Source of the DNA: Deltaproteobacteria bacterium
Lineage (GTDB): Bacteria; Desulfobacterota; GWC2-55-46
Length of the DNA: 64,000 bases
Direction of reading: 5' to 3'
Assembly (NCBI GenBank): GCA_020846435.1
Contig: JADLDY010000031.1
Location: 21,557 to 85,556 of the forward strand
Made by a program: the position numbers and the translations under genes. Below the pieces are notes generated by a model. It was not told the DNA's origin. It searched no databases and saw nothing but the letters and a program-made list of their open reading frames with translations. Below are positions 1 to 10,036 of the stretch, piece after piece. The number at the start of each line of letters is the position of its first letter. The first letter of the stretch is position 1.

Positions 1-626
1 ATCGAAGGCGAGGTCTTGTCAGCGTACTCGACCTCTGCTTCGGCCAGCGCGGTCGCGCACGACGAGCACCAGTGCACGGGCTTCTTGCCCTTGTAGATGA
101 GCTTGTTGGAGGCGAATTTGCCGAGCTCGCGCAGGATTGAGGCCTGATAGCCGTAGTTCATCGTGAGGTAGGGGTTGGCCCAGTCGCCGAAGACGCCGAG
201 GCGCTTGAAGTCCTCGCGCTGTATGTCGACGAACTTCGCGGCGTACTCCCTGCACCTTTTTCTTATCTCGCCCTTCGGGAGCTCGCTCTTTTGCTTGCCG
301 AGCTCTTTTTCGACCTGAAGCTCGATGGGCAGGCCGTGGCAGTCCCATCCAGGCACATAGTCTATGGAGAAGCCTGACATGAAGCGGCTCTTTACTATGA
401 TGTCCTTCAGGATCTTGTTGAGGGCATGGCCTATGTGTATGTTGCCGTTGGCGTACGGCGGGCCGTCGTGCAAAGTGTACTTGGGCCTTCCTGCGCCGGT
501 CTCTTTTATTTTCGAGTAAAGGCCCGTATCCTCCCAGTGCTTCAAGGTCTCGGGCTCTTTTTTGGTGAGCTCGGCCTTCATCTGGAAGTCTGTTTTGGGC
601 AGGTTGAGAGTGTCCTTGTAGTCCAT
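1..626 (-). CDS. ileS: Isoleucyl-tRNA synthetase, N-terminal part (gene continues beyond window start)
   Basis: Minus-strand translation from ATG at 626..624 gives [14 protein letters not shown]...[12 protein letters not shown] (class I HIGH motif, IleS-type N-terminus). The frame is not in the ORF track because it runs off the window edge, and the 19..756(-) ORF is an out-of-frame artefact. Confidence 0.8.
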   Translation of the reverse strand, partial: MDYKDTLNLPKTDFQMKAELTKKEPETLKHWEDTGLYSKIKETGAGRPKYTLHDGPPYANGNIHIGHALNKILKDIIVKSRFMSGFSIDYVPGWDCHGLPIELQVEKELGKQKSELPKGEIRKRCREYAAKFVDIQREDFKRLGVFGDWANPYLTMNYGYQASILRELGKFASNKLIYKGKKPVHWCSSCATALAEAEVEYADKTSPS

Positions 627-795
627 TTGAAGCAGGCTCCTTAAGTAGGCGTTGCCGGAAATTCGGAAATGATAAAAATAGCATAAAGAGGCAGGAAATT
701 AAACAGATTTGTGGCCCTGGCCACTCTGGCGCCGTCGTCCGCCAGCCATTTTTCAAATACCCTCAGGCGTCTTTTTGTTATAGAATAAAACCGTT

Positions 796-2793
796 ATGCC
801 AGGCATGTTCAGGATAAAGAGCGAGTTCGAGCCAAAGGGCGACCAGCCAGCCGCGATAGCGGCCCTTGCGAAAGGCTTGCGGAGCGGCGAGAAGCACCAG
901 GTGCTCCTCGGCGTCACAGGCTCGGGCAAGACCTTTACCATGGCCAAGGTCATTGAGGAGGTCGGCAGGCCCGCCCTCGTCATCGCCCCGAACAAGACGC
1001 TGGCGGCCCAGCTCTTTGCCGAGTTCCGCGACCTGTTCCCTGACAACGCGGTCGAGTACTTTGTCTCCTACTACGACTACTACCAGCCAGAAGCCTATGT
1101 GCCGACGACCGACACCTTCATCGAGAAGGACGCGGCGATAAACGAGGAGATAGACAAGCTGCGCCACTCGGCGACGCATTCGCTTCTTACGAGGAAGGAC
1201 GTCATCATCGTCGCTTCCGTCTCGTGCATATACGGCATAGGCTCGCCAGAGGACTACGGCTCCATGCACGTCTACGTTGAAAGGGGCATGGAGACCGACA
1301 GGAACGTCATCCTGAAGAAGCTCGTGGAGATGCAGTACGCGCGCAACGACTATGACTTCCACAGGGGCACTTTCAGGGTCAGGGGCGACATCGTTGATGT
1401 ATTCCCGGTCTACGAGGCAGAGGTCGCCTTGCGCTTCGAGTTCTTCGGGGACGTCATAGAGTCGATAACAGAGATAGACCCCTTGAGGGGAAAGCCCATA
1501 CGCAAGGTCGAGAAGGCGCTCATCCACCCGGCGAGCCATTATGTCACAACCAGGGAGACGCTAAAGAGGGCGGTTGAGACGATAAGGGACGAGCTTCGAG
1601 GCCGCCTCCAGGAGTTCAAGGAGCAAAGGAAGCTCCTCGAGGCGCAGAGGATAGAGCAGAGGACGCTCTTCGACCTGGAGATGCTCCAGGAGATGGGTTA
1701 CTGCCCAGGCATAGAGAACTACTCGCGCCATATAACCGGCAGGCTCCCGGGCGAGCCGCCGTACACGCTCATAGACTACTTCCCTGATGACTACATCCTC
1801 TTTCTCGACGAGAGCCATATAACTGTGCCGCAGGTCGGGGCCATGTACCACGGCGACATGTCGAGGAAAAAGAGCCTCGTCGAGTACGGCTTCAGGCTCC
1901 CTTCGGCAGTGGACAACAGGCCATTGAAGTTCGATGAGTTCGAGAAGAGGGCCGGCCAGACGATCTATGTCTCCGCTACCCCCGGGGATTACGAGCGCAA
2001 ACTGGCCGGAGCGAATGTGGCCGAACAGATAATAAGGCCCACAGGCCTCATGGACCCTGAGATAGAGGTGAGGCCCGCCGGCGCGCAGGTCGATGATCTC
2101 CTTGGCGAGATACGAAAGAGGGTTAATAAAGGCGAGAGGGTGCTGGTCACGACCCTGACGAAGAGGATGGCCGAGGACCTTACGCAGTATTACGCCGAGC
2201 TCGGGATAAGGGTCAAGTACCTGCACTCTGACGTTGAGACGCTCGAGCGGGTCGAGATAATAAAGGAACTGCGCCTGGGCTCGTTCGACGTGCTCGTTGG
2301 CATAAACCTTTTAAGGGAAGGTCTCGACATACCCGAGGTCTCTCTTGTCGCCATACTCGACGCCGACAAGGAAGGTTTTTTGCGCTCCGCGCGCTCTCTC
2401 ATACAGACCTGCGGCAGGGCCGCGAGGAACGTGAACGGAAGGGTCATCCTCTACGCCGATTCAGTGACCCGTTCAATGAAAGCCGCGATGGATGAAACCG
2501 AAAGAAGGCGTAAGATACAGGCGAAGTACAACAGGGACAACAACATCACGCCCGAGACCATAAAGAGCAGGATAAAGGATGTGTTGAGCTCCATCTACGA
2601 GGGGGACTACTACACTGTGCCTGTGGCCGCCGAGAAGCAGGCGAGTTATGTCCCGCCGCATGAGCTGCCGGCGCTCATAAAGTCGCTGAAAAAAGAAATG
2701 GAGAAGGCTTCGAAGAAGATGGATTTTGAAAAGGCGGCCGGATTGCGCGACAGGATCAGGGAGCTTGAGGAGCAGGAGATAAAGATAGGTTAG
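796..2793 (+). CDS. uvrB: Excinuclease ABC subunit B
   Basis: 665 aa; [12 protein letters not shown] Walker A; conserved UvrB helicase motifs and C-terminal UvrB/UvrC interaction coiled coil ([13 protein letters not shown]). Confidence 0.95.
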   Translation: MPGMFRIKSEFEPKGDQPAAIAALAKGLRSGEKHQVLLGVTGSGKTFTMAKVIEEVGRPALVIAPNKTLAAQLFAEFRDLFPDNAVEYFVSYYDYYQPEAYVPTTDTFIEKDAAINEEIDKLRHSATHSLLTRKDVIIVASVSCIYGIGSPEDYGSMHVYVERGMETDRNVILKKLVEMQYARNDYDFHRGTFRVRGDIVDVFPVYEAEVALRFEFFGDVIESITEIDPLRGKPIRKVEKALIHPASHYVTTRETLKRAVETIRDELRGRLQEFKEQRKLLEAQRIEQRTLFDLEMLQEMGYCPGIENYSRHITGRLPGEPPYTLIDYFPDDYILFLDESHITVPQVGAMYHGDMSRKKSLVEYGFRLPSAVDNRPLKFDEFEKRAGQTIYVSATPGDYERKLAGANVAEQIIRPTGLMDPEIEVRPAGAQVDDLLGEIRKRVNKGERVLVTTLTKRMAEDLTQYYAELGIRVKYLHSDVETLERVEIIKELRLGSFDVLVGINLLREGLDIPEVSLVAILDADKEGFLRSARSLIQTCGRAARNVNGRVILYADSVTRSMKAAMDETERRRKIQAKYNRDNNITPETIKSRIKDVLSSIYEGDYYTVPVAAEKQASYVPPHELPALIKSLKKEMEKASKKMDFEKAAGLRDRIRELEEQEIKIG

Positions 2794-2799
2794 CAGGTT

Positions 2800-3012
2800 G
2801 CCTCAAGCGTCCCATCTGCTTTTTCGTCTTCAAAGCTCATCCGGCGTAGAGCTTGAGTGGCTCTCTTCCCGTTTTCCGACTCTTCGTATCCGGGGCTTGC
2901 CTGAAACCTGTCAGACAATCTTTTTTTCGCCCGGTCGTCGGTACAGGAACGGGTGGACCAGCTTCTCCCACGCGCGGCAGAAACGGATGGCAGATCTTTT
3001 GCTCATACCCAT
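2800..3012. repeat. Dispersed intergenic repeat family B, long variant (copy R6)
   Basis: Shares the 5' arm gcctcaagcgtcccatctgc-ttt-tcgtcttcaaagctc and a 3' arm gcagatc-ttttgctc with other family-B copies (16.3k, 25.2k, 38.5k, 60.6k, 61.5k). Overlaps only short low-complexity ORFs. Confidence 0.45.
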
Positions 3013-3135
3013 TGACCTCAGCCTGCAAAACAGGTGCAGGCTGTTGAAATAATGCTGCAATAACTTCAACTGGTGTGCCTTTCTTCGTTGCGCGCCGCTT
3101 CCCCTTTATTGCCTGCCCCGTACCGTGCCAGCGCT

Positions 3136-3813
3136 CTACGCCTCTTTTTTCTTTACTTCCGATATGAGCGAGATGAACTCGTCGAGCCTTTTTTTCGTAT
3201 CAGTCTTGAGAGGGCCGAAGAGCAGCCCGAAGGCGACCCTGTCCGTGTCCTTGCTTATGTTCCTTATGGCCCCGGTGAGCTCGTAGCTCTCAAGCGCGCC
3301 CGGGAACTGGACGCGCAGGCTGGCTTCCCGGTTTATGTCCATCGACTGGTAGAATTTCTCGGCGTCCTCGAGGCTCGCCGCCTTCACTATGCACCTGCAG
3401 CCGTCCGCGCTTATGTCGATGACGACCGTCTCGGCTTCTATCCCCTCGACCGAGGTGACGGCCGGGAGTATGCACTCGTACCTGGGGGTGCTCCTTACGC
3501 GGAACTCTTCGATTTTCCTGGGATAGGATAGAAAGAGGAGCCTGTCCGGAGAATGTAGGAGGTTCAAAACGCTTGTCTTGAAGCCGTAGACAGAGCCCCT
3601 GTACAGGTAGCGGATTATGAGAGCGCTGTCCTTGAGCGTCTCTGGCCTTATCCCCGACATGTCGTGCTGCATGCCGATTATAAGGTACTGGCCGTACTTC
3701 ATCCCTATGAGCTCGCTCTTGGTGCGCAGGGTGAAATCCTGGAATTCGACCAGAAGTTCGGTGCCGATGTTCACAGGCAGCTCTAAGGAGGCTCCAAGCG
3801 GGTTCATGCTCAT
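3136..3813 (-). CDS. PilZ-domain c-di-GMP binding protein (YcgR-like N-terminal domain plus PilZ)
   Basis: RSTPR (RxxxR) followed by DISADG (D-x-S-x-x-G) PilZ signature. ATG start chosen at MSMNPL; the ORF-track start at 3822 is a TTG. Confidence 0.7.
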   Translation of the reverse strand: MSMNPLGASLELPVNIGTELLVEFQDFTLRTKSELIGMKYGQYLIIGMQHDMSGIRPETLKDSALIIRYLYRGSVYGFKTSVLNLLHSPDRLLFLSYPRKIEEFRVRSTPRYECILPAVTSVEGIEAETVVIDISADGCRCIVKAASLEDAEKFYQSMDINREASLRVQFPGALESYELTGAIRNISKDTDRVAFGLLFGPLKTDTKKRLDEFISLISEVKKKEA

Positions 3814-3986
3814 TCGATGCAAATACCTTTCCGGGTGGATTATATCACTTTACTTTTTTTTGCAAAGCCATTTATCTGAAGTCGTCCGGCCGCGGCCTTC
3901 GCGCTTTTCTTTTAAAGTCCGCTTGCGGCAGAGGTTATAAAAGGTTACAATTGCCGCTTATCCCATTAAGGAGAACGCCTTACAAG

Positions 3987-6404
3987 ATGCCTGACTTTCT
4001 TTCAGAATTGAACAAGAGACAGCTCGTATTCGACGGCGCGATGGGCACCATGCTCCAGCGCCTCGGCTTGAAGCCGGGCGGCTGCCCGGACGAGCTCTGT
4101 ATCAAAGACCCTGAACTGGTAAAAAAAGTGCACAGGGCGTACGTCGAGGCCGGCTCGGACATAGTCACTACCAATACATTCGGAGCCAACAGGCCAAAAC
4201 TTAAGGAATATTCGCTCGAAGGCGCTCTTCGCGACATAAATGTCGCGGCCGCGAGGTGCGCGCGAGAGGCGGCAGGCGAGAAAAGGTTCGTGGCCGGAGG
4301 GCTCGGGCCGACAGGCAGGTTCGTCGAGCCGGTCGGGGACATGCCCTTTGAAGAGACCTTGGCGGTATTCGCTGAGCAGGCCCAGGCCTTGAAAGAAGGC
4401 GGGGCAGACCTCATCATCATCGAGACGATGATGGACATAAAGGAGATGAAGGCCGCCATAATGGGCGCGAAGACGGCCCGTTTGCCGGTAGTCGCGACTA
4501 TGACCTTTGACGAGACGATGAGGACTGTGCTCGGCACTCCTCCCGAGGCTTTCGCTATCATGGCCGCGGCCCTTGGCGCGGACTGCATAGGCGCCAACTG
4601 CTCTCTGGGCATAGAGGGCATATACAAGGCGGTGCTGGCCATGTCCAAAGTGGTCTCCATTCCGCTTATCGCGCAGCCCAACGCGGGCCTTCCCATGCTC
4701 AAGGGCACTGAGACCGTATTCCCGGCCTCCCCTGAGGAGATGGCGGCTTTCGTGCCGAAGCTCGTCGAAGCCGGAGTGCGGGTATTGGGCGGCTGCTGCG
4801 GCACGACCCCTGAGCACATAAGGAAGATGGGGGATGTATTCCGCGGTATCCAACCTGCCGGGAAGAGGCCTGTCGGCTTCACCGCGCTCGCCTCGAGGAC
4901 TTCGTTTACCCTTTTTGGCGAGAGGCTCCCCGCCATAGTAATAGGCGAGAGGATAAACCCGACCGGCAGGAAGGCTTTTGCCGCGGAGATAAAAGAGGGC
5001 AAGACAACGGGCATAAGGAATGAAGCGAGGCTCCAGGAGACGGCAGGCGCGCACGCGCTCGATATAAATGTCGGCGTCCCCGGCATAGACGAAGTAGCCT
5101 CCATGAGGAGGGCTGTCTTTGCCGTCAATGAGAATTCCGTTCTTCCGGCCGTGATAGATTCGTCCAACCCTGAGGCCGTTCTCGCGGGCCTGCGCGCGGT
5201 GGACGGCAGGCCTCTCGTCAACTCCATAAGCGGGGAGGAAAAAAAGCTTGAGACGATCCTTCCGCTCGCGAAGGAATACGGCGCGGCTGTCCTCGGCCTT
5301 GCCCTCGACGACGACGGCATACCTGATACCGCGGAGGGCAGGTTCAAGGTGGTGGAGAGGATGCTGGGCAGGGTCATAAAGGCCGGCATGAGGAAAGAAG
5401 ACCTCGTCGTCGACTGTCTTGCCATGACGGTCTCGGCCGCGCCCTTGAGCGCGATGGAGACCTTGAAGGCCATAAGGATGGTAAAGGAGAGGCTCGGCTT
5501 ATCTACCGTCCTCGGCGTCTCCAACATCTCCTTCGGGCTTCCGGCAAGAGAGATAATAAACTCGAACTTTCTTACCATGGCCATAGAGGCCGGCCTCGAC
5601 GCCGCGATCATCAACCCGAACAACAAGGCCATGATGGACGCTTATCACGCTTCCCTCGTCCTTCTTAACAGGGACCTGCGGGCTGAGAGGTACATAAAGA
5701 GGCACCAGGCTCTGACAGAAGCGGCGCCTGCCGTCGCTCCGAAGGACGCTTCAGGTTCATGCGCTCCGGCTGGCATCGGCGAGAGGCTCAAAAGCGCAAT
5801 AATCAATGGCGACGAAGAGAATATAACCGCCCTCGTGGAAGAAGCGTTGAAAGAGGGCTGGGAGCCCTTGAAGATAAGCAACGAGGCTCTCGTGCCGGGC
5901 CTCGAAGAGGTAGGAAAGCTCTTCGCCTCTAACAGGTACTATCTGCCGCAGGTCATGCTCTCTGCCGAGACCATGAAAAAGGCCTTCGCCAGGCTCAAAG
6001 CGGAGATGAAGGGCAAAAAGGGCAAGACACTCGGCAAGGTGCTTCTCGCCACTGTCGAAGGCGACATACACGACATCGGCAAGAACATAGTGGCGACCCT
6101 CCTCGAGAACCACGGCTTCGAGGTCATAGACCTTGGCAAGAATGTCTCCGCCGACAGGATAGTCGAGGAGGCTGAAAAGAACAGGGTCGACATCGTCGGC
6201 CTCTCGGCCCTCATGACGACGACGGTCCTCGAGATGGACAAGGTCATACAGAGGCTCAAGGACAAGGGCATAAAGGCCCTCACCATAGTCGGCGGCGCGG
6301 TAGTGACTCAGGAATTCTCGGATAAGATAGGCGCCGACCAGTACGGCGGGGACGCTCTTTCTGCCATAGAGAAGATGAAGAAGATGGTCAGGGAGAACGC
6401 CTGA
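3987..6404 (+). CDS. metH: Cobalamin-dependent methionine synthase, short form lacking the C-terminal AdoMet reactivation domain
   Basis: Hcy S-methyltransferase domain (GGCCGTTPEHI), pterin-binding domain, B12-binding domain with DIHDIGKNIV (DxHxxG). Ends right after the B12 domain at about 806 aa. ATG at 3987 is preceded by AAGGAG. Confidence 0.85.
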   Translation: MPDFLSELNKRQLVFDGAMGTMLQRLGLKPGGCPDELCIKDPELVKKVHRAYVEAGSDIVTTNTFGANRPKLKEYSLEGALRDINVAAARCAREAAGEKRFVAGGLGPTGRFVEPVGDMPFEETLAVFAEQAQALKEGGADLIIIETMMDIKEMKAAIMGAKTARLPVVATMTFDETMRTVLGTPPEAFAIMAAALGADCIGANCSLGIEGIYKAVLAMSKVVSIPLIAQPNAGLPMLKGTETVFPASPEEMAAFVPKLVEAGVRVLGGCCGTTPEHIRKMGDVFRGIQPAGKRPVGFTALASRTSFTLFGERLPAIVIGERINPTGRKAFAAEIKEGKTTGIRNEARLQETAGAHALDINVGVPGIDEVASMRRAVFAVNENSVLPAVIDSSNPEAVLAGLRAVDGRPLVNSISGEEKKLETILPLAKEYGAAVLGLALDDDGIPDTAEGRFKVVERMLGRVIKAGMRKEDLVVDCLAMTVSAAPLSAMETLKAIRMVKERLGLSTVLGVSNISFGLPAREIINSNFLTMAIEAGLDAAIINPNNKAMMDAYHASLVLLNRDLRAERYIKRHQALTEAAPAVAPKDASGSCAPAGIGERLKSAIINGDEENITALVEEALKEGWEPLKISNEALVPGLEEVGKLFASNRYYLPQVMLSAETMKKAFARLKAEMKGKKGKTLGKVLLATVEGDIHDIGKNIVATLLENHGFEVIDLGKNVSADRIVEEAEKNRVDIVGLSALMTTTVLEMDKVIQRLKDKGIKALTIVGGAVVTQEFSDKIGADQYGGDALSAIEKMKKMVRENA

Positions 6405-6465
6405 GCGCGCCTCAAGGAAGAGGCCGCTTCGTCTCGTAATTCGCTCGTTATTTCATACATGTATT

Positions 6466-6505
6466 GAAAAGATACGGGTTCAGCCCATGGGCCCGTATCT
6501 TTTTA
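6466..6505 (+). terminator. Rho-independent terminator after metH
   Basis: gatacggg..cccgtatc hairpin followed by tttttatttgg. Confidence 0.5.
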
Positions 6506-6520
6506 TTTGGAAGGATGGTA

Positions 6521-7813
6521 ATGCAGACATCAATAATTGAAATAACCTCTCTCGTCTACGGCGGCAAGGGGCTCGGAAGGATAGACGGCAAGGTCGTCTT
6601 CGTCCCTTACGCGGCCCCGGGCGATATAGCCGAGGTTGAGATAACCGCGGACAAGGGCGGCTTTTCAGAAGCCGTCCTCAAAAAGCTCGTGAAGCCTTCT
6701 CCTTTGCGCGTCGAGCCTGCCTGCGGCTTTTACGGCAGGTGCGGCGGTTGCTCGCTCCAGCACATGAGCTATGAGGGTCAGCTCGAATGGAAGCTCAAGA
6801 TACTCGAGGAGACATTGAGGCGCATCGGCAAACTTGAAGGCGCGCCGTTTGAAAGCCCGATAGCTTCCCCAAGCCCGTTCAATTACCGCTCGAGGGCCCG
6901 CTTCCATGTGGACGGGGTAAGGGCCGGGTTCTTTGAGGGCGGAACGCACCGGGTCGTTGACATGGACTCGTGTCCGCTCCTCGATCCTCTTGTAAACGAG
7001 ACCTTCGCTGACTTCAAGAGGTCAGTCCTGAGCGTCAAGGGCAGGCCTGTCATATATTCTTTCGAGGTCGGGCTCAGCGAGGTCGACCAGAAGACCGTCA
7101 TCTCCATACTCGCGGCCCCTTCAGGCGGCTTTGACTGGGGGGCTTTCCTGAAGCCGGTAAGTCACCTCAAGGGCTTCGAGGTGTGGGTCATGAAGGACAG
7201 GACGCGCAAGGGAAAGTTCGTCAGGGCTGAAAAGGATACCCGCCTCGTCTACGAGGCTGGCGGGGTAAGGTTCTCCGCCCAGATAAGCGTCTTTTCGCAG
7301 GTCAACCTCGGCCAGAACAGGTTTCTGGTCGAAAAGGTCGCCTCTTTTGCCGGGCTTTCCGGCAAGGAGCGCGTCCTCGACCTCTATTGCGGGGTAGGGA
7401 ACCTGAGCCTGCCGATGGCAAAGAGGGCGGCCAGTGTGGTCGGGGTCGAGTCAAGCGGCCAGGCGGTTGAAGAGGCCAGGGCAAACGCCCAGAGAAACGC
7501 CATAAAAAACGCCGAGTTTTACGAGGGGGACGCGGCGGCTTGGCTTAAACAAGACCTTAAAAAACTTGAAAAAGATGGTATGGATGTGTTAATATTAGAC
7601 CCTCCGAGGGGCGGAGAGCCTGACATAGCGCAAGCCCTTTCCAACGCGAGGCCAGACAGAGTAGTCTATGTCTCATGCAGCCCGCCCACTCTCGCGAGGG
7701 ACATCCAGAAGCTCGCCGGGCTTGGCTACAGGGTCTCCAGCGCCGTCCTTGTCGACATGTTTCCCCAGACATATCATATAGAGAGCATATTGGGACTTGA
7801 GTTACGGTCGTAA
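6521..7813 (+). CDS. rlmD: 23S rRNA (uracil-5)-methyltransferase RumA/RlmD family (TRAM domain, Fe-S cluster, SAM MTase)
   Basis: N-terminal TRAM-like beta barrel, CGFYGRCGGC Fe-S cysteines, SAM-MTase motifs (LDLYCGVGN, ILDPPRGG). Start uncertain between ATG 6516 and 6521. Confidence 0.8.
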   Translation: MQTSIIEITSLVYGGKGLGRIDGKVVFVPYAAPGDIAEVEITADKGGFSEAVLKKLVKPSPLRVEPACGFYGRCGGCSLQHMSYEGQLEWKLKILEETLRRIGKLEGAPFESPIASPSPFNYRSRARFHVDGVRAGFFEGGTHRVVDMDSCPLLDPLVNETFADFKRSVLSVKGRPVIYSFEVGLSEVDQKTVISILAAPSGGFDWGAFLKPVSHLKGFEVWVMKDRTRKGKFVRAEKDTRLVYEAGGVRFSAQISVFSQVNLGQNRFLVEKVASFAGLSGKERVLDLYCGVGNLSLPMAKRAASVVGVESSGQAVEEARANAQRNAIKNAEFYEGDAAAWLKQDLKKLEKDGMDVLILDPPRGGEPDIAQALSNARPDRVVYVSCSPPTLARDIQKLAGLGYRVSSAVLVDMFPQTYHIESILGLELRS

Positions 7814-7845
7814 ATTTCATTTGGCAATATGATTCAGGAGAGAAA

Positions 7846-8337
7846 ATGCTCGAGCTTCCAATCGTAAAACAGCTAAAGGAAGAGCTTCAGAAGGTCGAAA
7901 AGGAACTAAGGGTCGATGTTCCCAAGGAACTGCAGAAGGCCGCGGCCCACGGAGACCTCAGGGAGAACGCAGAGTACGAGGCGGCCAAGCACAGGCAGAG
8001 CTTTCTGCAGGCCAGAGGCGCGCACCTTTCGGCCAGGATAAATACGCTTACCTCGTTGAAGCTCGATGACATCCCGAAGACTTCGGTCGGTTTCGGCTCG
8101 AGGGTGCACCTCGAAGACCTCTCGACCGGAGATGAGTCAATATTCGAGCTGGTAACTCCCGAGGAGGTAGACCCGAGGAACGGCAAGATCTCGGTGAGCT
8201 CGCCCATCGGCAGGGCCCTCCTCAACAAGAATGTGGGGGACGAGGTAGTGATAGAGCTCCCGGCCGGCAAGAAGGAGTACGAGATCAAGGAGCTCTTTAC
8301 GCTCCATGAGCTTTTTTTCAGAAAACCTGACAGGTAG
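7846..8337 (+). CDS. greA: Transcription elongation factor GreA
   Basis: GDLRENAEYEAAK signature; 163 aa; AGGAG RBS. Confidence 0.9.
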   Translation: MLELPIVKQLKEELQKVEKELRVDVPKELQKAAAHGDLRENAEYEAAKHRQSFLQARGAHLSARINTLTSLKLDDIPKTSVGFGSRVHLEDLSTGDESIFELVTPEEVDPRNGKISVSSPIGRALLNKNVGDEVVIELPAGKKEYEIKELFTLHELFFRKPDR

Positions 8338-8345
8338 GAGGTTTG

Positions 8346-8903
8346 ATGGCGGTCATAATAGTCCTCGCGGCGATAGGCGTCATAATCATCTGGGCCATAC
8401 TGGTCTACAACGGCCTCGTAGGGCTCAAGAACCAGGTGGAGAACTCCTGGCGCCAGATAGATGTCCAGCTTAAAAGGCGTTACGACCTCATACCGAACCT
8501 CGTTAACGCGGTCAAAGGCGCGATGGACTTCGAGAGGGACACTCTTACGAAGGTCATTGAAGCCAGGTCAAAGGCTCTCGCGGCGCAGGGCCCTCACGAC
8601 AAGGCAGCCGCTGAAAGCGTGCTTTCCGGCGCGCTTGGCGGCCTGTTCGCCCTTTTCGAGAACTACCCTGATTTGAAGAGCAACCAGAACGTGCTCGAGC
8701 TCCAGGAAGAGCTCTCCTCTACCGAAAACCGCATAGGCTTCGCCCGCCAGTTTTATAACGACATCGTCGAGCAGTTCAACACAAGACAGTCAGTATTCCC
8801 GTCGATGATAATCGCCTCCCTCTTCGGTTTCAAGAAGGCCGAGTACTTCCAGGCCGAGGAAGCGGCCCACGCCGTGCCCAAAGTCGAACTTGGCATGAAG
8901 TAA
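8346..8903 (+). CDS. lemA: LemA family membrane protein
   Basis: N-terminal TM followed by conserved LemA core (NQVENSWRQIDVQLKRRYDLIPNLV). Confidence 0.9.
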   Translation: MAVIIVLAAIGVIIIWAILVYNGLVGLKNQVENSWRQIDVQLKRRYDLIPNLVNAVKGAMDFERDTLTKVIEARSKALAAQGPHDKAAAESVLSGALGGLFALFENYPDLKSNQNVLELQEELSSTENRIGFARQFYNDIVEQFNTRQSVFPSMIIASLFGFKKAEYFQAEEAAHAVPKVELGMK

Positions 8904-8907
8904 TAGT

Positions 8908-9030
8908 AAAAATTGCTCTTTTTCCCAATCTCTTTGTCAGGGCGGATGTAAAAATGCTCACATATTAGCGTATATGCTCCGCTTTTTACCTCCACCCTTC
9001 CTCGACCTTGGAAAAAATATCTAATTTTTA
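8908..9030 (+). repeat. Intergenic repeat family A, copy 1
   Basis: aaaattgctctttttcc...tgtcagggcg...aaaaatgctcacatat...atatgctccgcttttta...cctcgacc..ggaaaaaatatctaatttttagag. Nearly identical to the copies at 10634 and 49685. Confidence 0.6.
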
Positions 9031-9050
9031 GAGGCACGCAAAAAAACAAG

Positions 9051-10034
9051 ATGACAGACATCTACTCCCAGCAGAAGAGGAACAGGAGAATCACTTATTC
9101 CCTTATGCTGGGATTTTTTATTTTCGTCGTGGCCATCGGCCTCTCCGTCGATGTCTACACCTACGGCGATCTCAGCGCCATAGGGGCCGGAGGCTCTTTC
9201 AGGTTGCCTGTGGCGACGATCGCCGCCTTTGCCTTCGCCTCGATAAACGGCTTCACCTCTTATTTTTACGGCAGCTCTATCGTAATCAGGAGCCTTGGTG
9301 CTGAGGAGTTGAAATTCGAGGATCAGTCGCACAAGAGGTTTCGCAACACAGTCACCGAGATGGCCCTCGCCTCGGGCCTGCCCATGCCAAAGACCTATGT
9401 CATAGCTGACCCGGCCCCAAACGCCTTCGCTACCGGCAGGGACCCGGCCCATTCCGTCGTCGTCGTCACGCAGGGGCTACTCGATTCCATGACGAGGGAG
9501 GAGCTTCAGGCAGTCGTCGCCCACGAGATGGGACACATAAAGACATACGACATCCTCACCATGACGGTCGTGACGGTCCTTGTCGGCACGGTCTCCATAT
9601 TATCTGACTGGGCAATGCGCACCTGGAGATACGGCGGCATCAGGCCAAGGCGCAACATAAAGGACAAGGGCGGCATACACCCGCTGATACTGCTTTTCAT
9701 AGGCGTTTTTGTCCTTCTCTCCCCGATCTTCTCCAGGATAATAGCGATGTCCGTCTCCCGCAACAGGGAGTACGCGGCCGACGCTTCAGCCGCGCAGTTC
9801 ACGAGAAACCCGCTTGCTCTGGCGAGCGCGCTCAAAAAGATAGACGCCTTTACCTCGCCCTTGAAGAGCGCGAGGAGGGCGACCGCCCACCTCTTCATCT
9901 CAGACCCTTTGCACAGGAAGCTTGATGACAAGGAAGGCTTTGTGGCCGATGTCTTCTCAACCCACCCTCCCATCAAGGAGAGGATAAGGCGGCTCGAGGC
10001 GATGGGCTACGCGAAGGCCGGAGGGGCAGGGTAA
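9051..10034 (+). CDS. M48 family Zn metalloprotease (HtpX-like)
   Basis: HEMGH zinc-binding motif, several TM segments; common genomic partner of LemA. Confidence 0.8.
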   Translation: MTDIYSQQKRNRRITYSLMLGFFIFVVAIGLSVDVYTYGDLSAIGAGGSFRLPVATIAAFAFASINGFTSYFYGSSIVIRSLGAEELKFEDQSHKRFRNTVTEMALASGLPMPKTYVIADPAPNAFATGRDPAHSVVVVTQGLLDSMTREELQAVVAHEMGHIKTYDILTMTVVTVLVGTVSILSDWAMRTWRYGGIRPRRNIKDKGGIHPLILLFIGVFVLLSPIFSRIIAMSVSRNREYAADASAAQFTRNPLALASALKKIDAFTSPLKSARRATAHLFISDPLHRKLDDKEGFVADVFSTHPPIKERIRRLEAMGYAKAGGAG

Positions 10035-10036
10035 CC

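Noticed and set aside
19-756. 245-aa Arg-rich minus-strand ORF at window start
   Set aside because: Out-of-frame artefact. The real gene is ileS in another minus-strand frame (ATG at 626), recognisable by [10 protein letters not shown]...HIGH motif.
2798-3052. Small ORFs (60-84 aa) in the uvrB-PilZ intergenic region
   Set aside because: They coincide with a family-B repeat copy and have no RBS or conservation; treated as non-coding repeat sequence.
3951-3986. Upstream TTG start for metH given in the ORF track
   Set aside because: ATG at 3987 is preceded by a strong AAGGAG; the TTG extension adds 12 non-conserved residues.
3980-5632. 550-aa and 350-aa antisense ORFs inside metH
   Set aside because: Low-complexity Ser/Ala/Arg-rich translations of the GC-rich antisense strand of a clearly conserved gene; spurious.
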